Shown here: positions 57,921-64,000 of the stretch, one piece after another
How positions within the stretch are numbered: position 1 is the stretch's first letter
Layout: every line of letters starts with the position of its first letter
Source of the DNA: Nitrospirota bacterium
Lineage (GTDB): Bacteria > Nitrospirota > UBA9217
Assembly (NCBI GenBank): GCA_963790205.1
Contig: CAWBNQ010000005.1
Span: 149,056 to 213,055, forward strand
Length of the DNA: 64,000 nucleotides
Direction of reading: 5' to 3'
Made by a program: the position numbers and the translations under genes
The notes under the pieces: generated by a model
What the model was told of the DNA's origin: nothing
Database searches by the model: none
What the model saw: only the letters and a program-made list of their open reading frames with translations

Positions 57921-58079
57921 TCAGACCTTTTCGAACATGTCCTTGCCTGCGCCGCAGACCGGGCATACCCATCCATCGGGTATCTTTTCGAATGGCGTCC
58001 CCGGCGCAATGCCCCCGTCCGGGTCTCCTGTTGCGGGATCATAGATCCAGTCGCATACCGTGCACTTCCACTTGTCCAT
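57921..58079 (-). CDS. Rubredoxin
   Basis: [15 protein letters not shown]...[11 protein letters not shown] is the classic two CxxC(G) rubredoxin knuckles. I place the start at ATG 58079, which has a GGAGG RBS. The track ORF carries a spurious N-terminal extension. Confidence 0.88.
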   Translation of the reverse strand: MDKWKCTVCDWIYDPATGDPDGGIAPGTPFEKIPDGWVCPVCGAGKDMFEKV

Positions 58080-58217
58080 GAAACCTCCGAAAAAAAACAA
58101 TTGATTTCTATATAGATAGATTATGGCCAGTAAAGGCCCAAGCAGGAAATTCAAGGAACGAACAACATCGTAGTATTTCCAACTATAGCACAAGAAATAG
58201 GCAGTTTGTTGGGCGAT

Positions 58218-59318
58218 TTACTCCAGCGTCGTGTGAAACCGCCGGAAGCTGGCAACGACGCTTACCACCGCTATGATCGCCAGATACACGATATGGGTGA
58301 CGACATAATTCGCTTCTCCGCCCTTCAGCATGATGTTGCGAAGAAGGCCCATGAAGTGCGCGAGCGGGTCGAAGAAGGAAAGCCATCGGAGGGCGGCAGG
58401 CATGTTTTCGAGAGGGAACATCATTCCCGAGAACATGATCATCGGGAAGATGAACAGGAACCCGGCAAGGGTCGCCTGCTGCTGGTTCTTGCAGTAAGTG
58501 GAAATCAGGGTCCCCAGGGCCACGGCCGTACAGACAAAGGCGAAGGACGCGATGAACAAGGCAATCAAAGATCCCCGCATCGGAATATGGAACGCGAATA
58601 TTGCCACTCCCAGGATCAACGGCACGTTGGACATTCCAAGAAGCACATAGGGGATCGTCTTGCCGTATATGACCTCTGACCGCGACACGGGCGCTGAGAT
58701 CAGCATCTCGAACGTCCCCATCTCCTTTTCCCTCACAATGGCTATATTGGTCAACACCATCGTCGACATAAGCATGAGCATGCACATTACGCCGGGAACC
58801 AGAAAGACCGAGGTTTCGAGCGATGGGTTGAAGAGCACGCGCGTGCTGATCTGAATCGGCGGAGTGGACGGAGTGAGCTCAAGTTCGTCCTTGACCGTTT
58901 GCTGGACGATGTTTTGCAGATACGCTTCTATGGACTGCGCCTGGACCACGTTTACGGCATTCACGAGCAGCTGCAGCTTCGCGTCCCCGCGGCCGAGCGC
59001 GCGTGTGAACCCTCCGGGGGGCGGAACGAGCACGGCATCGGCGTCGTCCGCTTCGATCATGGTAAAGGGGTCCTGTTCTTTGCTTCTCGCCGGGACAAAC
59101 CACTTTCCGGCAATGCTCCGTTCGTAGATATCGCGCAGGACTGTGTCTTTGGAATCAAACACCGCCGCGAGCCTGATGTTCTTGACCTCGTTCGAAAGGG
59201 CGACGCCGAAGAGCGTAAGCTGGACCACCGGCATCACGAAGAGCATCACGCGCATTCTGGGATCACGGAGGGTCTGGACCAGTTCCTTTTTTATGAATCC
59301 GATGAGCGTTTTATTCAT
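58218..59318 (-). CDS. ABC-2 type transporter permease
   Basis: N-terminal cytoplasmic segment, a large periplasmic loop and 6 TM helices. This is ABC2_membrane-like. I place the start at ATG 59318 (MNKTLIGF). Confidence 0.8.
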   Translation of the reverse strand: MNKTLIGFIKKELVQTLRDPRMRVMLFVMPVVQLTLFGVALSNEVKNIRLAAVFDSKDTVLRDIYERSIAGKWFVPARSKEQDPFTMIEADDADAVLVPPPGGFTRALGRGDAKLQLLVNAVNVVQAQSIEAYLQNIVQQTVKDELELTPSTPPIQISTRVLFNPSLETSVFLVPGVMCMLMLMSTMVLTNIAIVREKEMGTFEMLISAPVSRSEVIYGKTIPYVLLGMSNVPLILGVAIFAFHIPMRGSLIALFIASFAFVCTAVALGTLISTYCKNQQQATLAGFLFIFPMIMFSGMMFPLENMPAALRWLSFFDPLAHFMGLLRNIMLKGGEANYVVTHIVYLAIIAVVSVVASFRRFHTTLE

Positions 59319-59340
59319 GACATATTTTCCAACCCGGACA

Positions 59341-59470
59341 AGCCGGAGCCAAAAGACAAAATCTAAAAGGCGTCTCTCGCAAAGCCGCAAAGGACGCAAG
59401 GGAAATCATTAAGTCCTGGCTTTTAACCCGAATGATTTGCTTTTCTTTGCGAGCTTGGCGCCTTTGCGAG
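59341..59470. repeat. Intergenic repeat element copy A (CGCAAAGG/CCTTTGCG motif-bearing)
   Basis: It shares AAAAG(A/C)AAAA...GCAAAGGACGCAAGGGAAATC...GGCTTTT...CTTT(C)TTGCGAG blocks with the 62281-62440 copy. It carries an internal long-range inverted repeat (CTCGCAAAG...CCTTTGCGAG). Confidence 0.5.
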
Positions 59471-59495
59471 ATAACGGTTCTTTTGATTTTCTCAT

Positions 59496-60614
59496 TCATG
59501 GCTCAAGGTCCCTCTTGAACTTGCGCGCGGCCAGAAAGATCATCAGTCCGCAGAAAAAAGTGAGTGCTAAAAACGGTCCGCCGAGTTCAATTAAGCTCGA
59601 TCCTTTTAAGAACGTGTCTCTGGCAATCAGCATAAACCATCGTGCCGGCAGGATCATCGTGAAGTACTGAAAGAAGGCAGGCATGCTCGCGATAGGGAAG
59701 ATAAAGCCGGAGAGCAGGTTCGACGGCAGATAGCCGGTTATCATGGACAACTGCATGGCGATCGTCTGTTTACGGGTCACCACGGAGATCAAAAGCCCCT
59801 GGGCCAGATAGGTCACGAGAAACAGCAGGGCGCCCAGGCCGAAGACCCAAAGGCTTCCCACAAAGGGGATGCCGAATACGGTCCTTGCAATGACATACAC
59901 GAAGACCACGGCGATGATCCCGAGAATACCGTAGGGAGCAAGCTTGCCCACGATGATCTCGAGGGGCTGCACGGGCGTGGACAGGAGCAGCTCCATGGAG
60001 CCGTTCTCCCACTCCCGCGCCACGGTGAGCGCGGTCAGGAGGATCGAGAGGATCGACATCACCACGACCGTAAGTCCGGGGATCACGAACCACCGGCTGT
60101 TCAGCTCGGGGTTGAATAAAAACCTCGTCCGGAGTTCATAGGGGGGAGTCGGATCAAAATTGCCGATCCGTCGCGAGGCGATATTCTCGATACTGCCCAC
60201 ATACCCCAGCACGGGGCCGACGGTGGAGTTGTCGGAGCCGTCGACCAGGACCTGCGCCTCCGCACCCCTGCCGCTGAAGAGGTCCTGCTCAAAGCCCGGG
60301 GGAATGATCAGAACTGCGCGCGCCCGCTCCGCGGACACGTCGGTCGTCCCCTCACGAGGGGAAGAAACGCGATGGACCAGGAAGTAATCGGAACTGCCGA
60401 AGGTGTCGAGCAGCCTCCGGGAACTCTGCGATTGGTCCGAATCGCTCACCGCAAGGGCCACGTGCTTCACGTTGAACTCGATGGCGACGCCGAACATGAC
60501 TACCATGAAAACCGGCAATGCCAGCGCGGCCCCGAGGGTCGCCGGGTCCCGAAGGATGTGATAGACTTCCTTCCTCGCCACCGCGACGGCCCTGCGCCAG
60601 ACAAAGCTGCTCAT
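59496..60614 (-). CDS. ABC-2 type transporter permease
   Basis: Same architecture as the paralogous gene downstream. Confidence 0.8.
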   Translation of the reverse strand: MSSFVWRRAVAVARKEVYHILRDPATLGAALALPVFMVVMFGVAIEFNVKHVALAVSDSDQSQSSRRLLDTFGSSDYFLVHRVSSPREGTTDVSAERARAVLIIPPGFEQDLFSGRGAEAQVLVDGSDNSTVGPVLGYVGSIENIASRRIGNFDPTPPYELRTRFLFNPELNSRWFVIPGLTVVVMSILSILLTALTVAREWENGSMELLLSTPVQPLEIIVGKLAPYGILGIIAVVFVYVIARTVFGIPFVGSLWVFGLGALLFLVTYLAQGLLISVVTRKQTIAMQLSMITGYLPSNLLSGFIFPIASMPAFFQYFTMILPARWFMLIARDTFLKGSSLIELGGPFLALTFFCGLMIFLAARKFKRDLEP

Positions 60615-61561
60615 ACTGTCTTCCCCTCCACGGTCCGGATGAACACATCCTCAAGAGACGGTTTGATCCTTTTGATCGTGAATTTCTTCTCGAAGTCGTT
60701 CCGAACCGCTTCCCATGCGGCTTCGCTTTTGATCGCGGCGTGAAACCGGAGGCCGTAGGGTTCGAAAAAAAGAAACACGTCATGCCGGGCAAATGCGGAC
60801 ACTTCGGCAAAGCTGAGAGACCCCCGGGGATCGAACTCGAGCATGGGCGTTGAAAAGGTCGCGGTTTTGAGCCCTTCCGGCGAATCAAGTGCGATGATCC
60901 TGCCCTCCCGCATGAGGGCGATCCTGTCGCACTGTTCCGCTTCATCCATATAATGGGTGGTCACGAAGACCGTTTTTTTCCTGTGGGCAAGCTGGCGGAT
61001 GAGCTGCCAGAAGCGGCTGCGCGATGCGGGCGTGACGCCGGCCGTGGGTTCATCGAGGAATATGATCTCCGGGTCGTGCAAAAGCGCTGCGGCGAGCGAC
61101 ACCTGCTGCTTCGTCCCTCCGGACAGGTTGCGGACGATCGTATTGAGGGGCTTGTCGAAAGAGATGAAGTCGAATAATTCCTTGCGCCGCTGTGCATAGG
61201 TCTCTTTTTCCAGTTTCCTGAGGCTCGCCATGAAGTTCAGGTTCTCCTCGACGGTCATGTCGTTGTAGAGGGTGAATTTCTGGGACATATACCCGACCTT
61301 GGATTTGACCTCCTGTTCGTTGTGGTCGAATCTTATCCCTCCTACGCTTACCGAGCCTTCGGACGGCCGCAGGAGGCCGCAGAGCACCCGGATCGTGGTC
61401 GTCTTGCCCGCGCCGTTCGCGCCGAGAAACCCGAAGGTTTCGCCGCGTCGGACCGTGAAGGAAATCCGGTCCACGGCAATGAAATCCCCGAAGCGGACCG
61501 AAAGGCCGTCCACTTCCACTGCCAGGTCATTCATGGGTATTTCTCCGGAGGAAAAGTTCAT
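60611..61561 (-). CDS. ABC transporter ATP-binding protein
   Basis: Walker A (GANGAGKTT), signature (LSGGTKQQ) and Walker B (IIFLDEPT). The start is uncertain: ATG 61561, ATG 61534 or TTG 61564. Confidence 0.85.
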   Translation of the reverse strand: MNFSSGEIPMNDLAVEVDGLSVRFGDFIAVDRISFTVRRGETFGFLGANGAGKTTTIRVLCGLLRPSEGSVSVGGIRFDHNEQEVKSKVGYMSQKFTLYNDMTVEENLNFMASLRKLEKETYAQRRKELFDFISFDKPLNTIVRNLSGGTKQQVSLAAALLHDPEIIFLDEPTAGVTPASRSRFWQLIRQLAHRKKTVFVTTHYMDEAEQCDRIALMREGRIIALDSPEGLKTATFSTPMLEFDPRGSLSFAEVSAFARHDVFLFFEPYGLRFHAAIKSEAAWEAVRNDFEKKFTIKRIKPSLEDVFIRTVEGKTV

Positions 61562-62261
61562 CAAAGCTTGCCACTCCCTCTGATGCCAAGAGCTCCCGCG
61601 GCTCGCCGGCAGCGACGAGTTTCCCCCGCTCCAAAAGATGGACGCGCCCGCACCGCTCCGCTTCGTCCATATACGCCGTAGTCACAAGGATCAGGATCTG
61701 CTGGTCCAGGAGGCGGTACAAAAGTTCCCAGAATTCCCTGCGGCTGATCGGGTCGACTCCGGTCGTGGGTTCATCGAGCAGCATGACCCGGGGCGACCGC
61801 AACAGCGCGCACATGAGACCCAGCTTCTTATACATCCCTCCTGAAAGCTGACCCGCAGGCCGCCCGATGAATTCGCTTAGCCTTGTGATACGAAGGAGTT
61901 CGTCGCGTTTCTGCTCATAAAGCTCGCGCGGTATCGCGTAAAGCTCTTTGAAAAAATCAAGGTGCTCGCCGATGGAAAGGTCGGCGTAGAGGCTTTGCGT
62001 CTGCGGCATGTACGCAACAGCAGGACGGACGCTTTCGAAGTCAATATGCTCATCCCCGCGAAAGTAGGAAACCGTGCCTTCCGTGGGTTTGAGCAGGCCG
62101 AGCAGGATGCGCAAAAGCGTGGTTTTCCCCGAGCCCTCGGGCCCGATTACGCCGTGCATGAGCCCGGATGAGAAGTCGAGGCTCATTGCGTTCAAGGCAG
62201 GGTTCCTACCGAATACTTTTGTAACGCCCTGCACGGAAATGGAAATAGGCATTGGTGACAT
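61527..62261 (-). CDS. ABC transporter ATP-binding protein (second ATPase)
   Basis: Walker A (GPEGSGKTT), signature (LSGGMYKK) and Walker B (VMLLDEPT). I place the start at ATG 62261. The track ORF extends far upstream across the spacer. Confidence 0.8.
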   Translation of the reverse strand: MSPMPISISVQGVTKVFGRNPALNAMSLDFSSGLMHGVIGPEGSGKTTLLRILLGLLKPTEGTVSYFRGDEHIDFESVRPAVAYMPQTQSLYADLSIGEHLDFFKELYAIPRELYEQKRDELLRITRLSEFIGRPAGQLSGGMYKKLGLMCALLRSPRVMLLDEPTTGVDPISRREFWELLYRLLDQQILILVTTAYMDEAERCGRVHLLERGKLVAAGEPRELLASEGVASFDELFLRRNTHE

Positions 62262-62280
62262 GGCTACCGTTATGACTCGG

Positions 62281-62440
62281 AAAAGCAAAACCAAAAGCAT
62301 GAACCGCGAAGGCGCAAGGGACGCAAAGGAAATCTTTTTTTTGGTCTTACATCCGGAAGTATTTCTTAGGCTTTTCCTTCGCGTTCTTCGTTTATGGCCG
62401 CGCATACGCAAGTGCAGGCTACGCCTTCGCGTTAAAAGTT
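62281..62440. repeat. Intergenic repeat element copy B
   Basis: Related to copy A. It contains CGCGAAGG once and CCTTCGCG twice, forming a roughly 120-nt long-range inverted repeat. Confidence 0.5.
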
Positions 62441-62449
62441 TTTTCTCCC

Positions 62450-63199
62450 CTACTTCGGCAGCTTCACTTCGATCGTCATGCCGGGTTTCAGGATCTCCTG
62501 CTCGTTCGAGCCCAGGAAGCTCACTTTCACGCCGAACACGAGGCGCTCGCGCTCGGACCGCGTCTGCACGTTCTTGGGCGTGAATTCGGCCTCGTCGTTG
62601 ATCTTGATGAGCTTCCCGTCGAATTCCCGGTTGTTCAGTTCGGGCAGATATCCCTTGAGCGTCATGCCGACCTGGAGTCTTGAAACCTCCGGCTGGGGAA
62701 CGTAGATAAAGGCCCAGATGTCCCGGATGTTCGCCAGGGTCAGGAGCTTCGTCCCGGGATTCACCCATTCCCCCGGCTCATGATACCTGCTCAGGACCAC
62801 GCCTGAGATCGGCGATTCGACGGAACACCAGCCAAGACGCACGTCCGCGTCCTCTTTTCTGTTCTTGACCTGGTCCATGATTTCCTGCGAAGAAGTCCCG
62901 GCCTTAAAAAGACCAAGGGTCCGCCGGTAGTTGTCGTTCGCCAGTTCCGAGGCGACCTTCACATCTTCGCAGGCAAGCACGATCAATTCCTGGTCATCCG
63001 TCACGTGGTCGCCTTCCTGGACGTTCACTGCTTTGATCGCAGAGGATATGCGGGCGGATAAATCCACCTTGGTCGCCTCGAGGGTCCCGGCGTAGAGAAA
63101 CTCGCCGCGGAAGAACAACAGCTTCGCCGCGATCGCGGCGGCGATGGCGATCGCGGCCGCAACAAGGATTATTTTAAGCTTTTTCTTCTTATCGGTCAT
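62450..63199 (-). CDS. HlyD-family membrane fusion (periplasmic adaptor) protein
   Basis: N-terminal TM anchor (KIILVAAAIAIAAAIAA), then a biotinyl-lipoyl-like domain and a beta-barrel domain. I place the start at ATG 63199. Confidence 0.8.
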   Translation of the reverse strand: MTDKKKKLKIILVAAAIAIAAAIAAKLLFFRGEFLYAGTLEATKVDLSARISSAIKAVNVQEGDHVTDDQELIVLACEDVKVASELANDNYRRTLGLFKAGTSSQEIMDQVKNRKEDADVRLGWCSVESPISGVVLSRYHEPGEWVNPGTKLLTLANIRDIWAFIYVPQPEVSRLQVGMTLKGYLPELNNREFDGKLIKINDEAEFTPKNVQTRSERERLVFGVKVSFLGSNEQEILKPGMTIEVKLPK

Positions 63200-63920
63200 C
63201 ACGGGGGTCCCTTCCTGCTTTTTTATTTGCCGGCTGCTTCGCAATGATCCCGTCTGTGAAGATGCGAAGCGTCTGTCGGATCCAATCATTGCGGTACTTT
63301 TCGTCCGAAAGCGAATGACCGGAAAACTCCTTTACCAGCTTGTCGTTTCTCGTCTGATGGATAATAGTGCTCATCAGGAATCCCGCCGCGGAAGAGGGTT
63401 TGACGTCAACAGCCACGATCCCCTTTTTCGCGGACAGAGCAAAAAACTCCCTTAGTTTCTCCGCGTGCTTTAAAAGAGTGTTCAGATACATTTTTTTGTT
63501 TTTTGAGTCCGACAGCTCGACATCCCGTTGGATCAGGCGGATAATATCCCTCTGCCTGATCATCGTTTCGAGCGTCTGCCGGAGAAAGATCTCCAGGCGC
63601 ACCTTGAAGTCGTCGATATTCCGGGGGGGCTGGAGCGTTTTTCTCGCAAAATCCAGCCGTTCCGTGGCAAACTGTTCGATGATATGATGGTAAAGGTTCT
63701 CTTTCGAGCCGAAATGATAATGGATGGCGGCGATGTTCACGCCGGCCGCTTCGCAAATATCCTTGGTCGACGTGCCGTCATACCCCTGAGCGGCGAAAAG
63801 ACGGGTGGCGGTGGAAAGGATGCGGCTTGCGGTATCCCCGCGGGAAGACCTTTCCCGTATGCCGCCTGTCGTCGTTTTCCCGCTCCGTTTATGAGCAGCC
63901 CTAGCGTTGCCGGTTTTCAT
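63189..63920 (-). CDS. TetR/AcrR-family transcriptional regulator
   Basis: HTH region (ILSTATRLFAAQGYDGTSTKDICEAAGVNIAAIHYHFGSKENL). It heads the efflux operon. Confidence 0.85.
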   Translation of the reverse strand: MKTGNARAAHKRSGKTTTGGIRERSSRGDTASRILSTATRLFAAQGYDGTSTKDICEAAGVNIAAIHYHFGSKENLYHHIIEQFATERLDFARKTLQPPRNIDDFKVRLEIFLRQTLETMIRQRDIIRLIQRDVELSDSKNKKMYLNTLLKHAEKLREFFALSAKKGIVAVDVKPSSAAGFLMSTIIHQTRNDKLVKEFSGHSLSDEKYRNDWIRQTLRIFTDGIIAKQPANKKAGRDPRDDR

Positions 63921-64000
63921 AGTCTCAGCATAACACAGGTATATGATAAATTCAAGTCTTTGATTGACTTTTTCAATTAGTCATTCTATACTTGATGCAT

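Noticed and set aside
61527-62768. Full 413-aa track ORF for the second ABC ATPase
   Set aside because: The N-terminal 170 residues translate the repeat-containing spacer and are Arg/Pro-rich. The ABC domain begins at the internal Met (62261).
1-64000. CRISPR arrays, tRNA/rRNA genes, transposases, integrases, phage genes
   Set aside because: I saw no regularly spaced direct repeats of CRISPR type, no tRNA cloverleaf candidates or rRNA-like stretches in the intergenic regions examined, and no transposase or integrase-like ORFs.

Overview
This 64-kb window of a moderately high-GC, Gram-negative-type chromosome is densely coded and mostly read on the minus strand. I found no rRNA, tRNA, CRISPR array, transposase or integrase. 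The content falls into six parts. (1) Positions ~170-37,500 are one very large surface-glycan (LPS core plus O-antigen-like) biosynthesis locus. It contains an MBOAT/DltD-like O-acylation pair, the GDP-mannose pathway (manB, manC) and the GDP-fucose pathway (gmd, fcl), two DegT-family sugar aminotransferases, a TylM1-like sugar N-methyltransferase, and a dedicated ACP with a KAS-III-like enzyme and a hexapeptide acyltransferase. It also holds about 12 glycosyltransferases (GT2, GT4, GT9 heptosyltransferases, a KdtX-like enzyme), at least 7 SAM methyltransferases, a Wzx flippase, an O-antigen ligase/polymerase-like protein, a WbaP-like initiating transferase and an acyltransferase-3 protein. 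The central ~8.8-20.4 kb block is visibly lower in G+C. (2) obg-rpmA-rplU follow, with an odd AT-rich ATTTG-repeat spacer between rplU and rpmA. (3) A small secreted tandem-repeat protein, a DUF922-like HExxH protein, prmA, a membrane protein with CxxCH and a cytochrome-b5-like domain, a cupin, a methyltransferase, an NAD(P)-binding protein, an SfsA-GIY-YIG(DUF123-like) fusion and a PilZ protein. (4) A candidate nitrogen-oxide handling operon on the minus strand, in order protoglobin-PsiE fusion, CBS pair, HPP-family membrane protein and an eight-heme cytochrome c (HAO/epsilon-Hao-like), ending at a clean rho-independent terminator. (5) Two selenoprotein genes that the ORF track splits or truncates at in-frame TGA codons. 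One is a GrdB/PrdB-family reductase selenoprotein B-like gene with a U-x-x-C motif. The other is a single-domain rhodanese with TGA at the active-site region. Both have hairpins 11-16 nt downstream of the TGA, consistent with bacterial SECIS elements. They sit next to norC (a di-heme variant), norB and a rubredoxin gene. (6) A tetR-hlyD-ABC-ABC-permease-permease efflux operon whose internal spacers carry two copies of a related repeat element with a CGCAAAGG/CCTTTGCG motif. The most interesting candidates are the ACP-based sugar N-acylation and N-methylation module in the glycan locus, the globin-sensor/HPP/octaheme-cytochrome operon, and the two unannotated selenoproteins.
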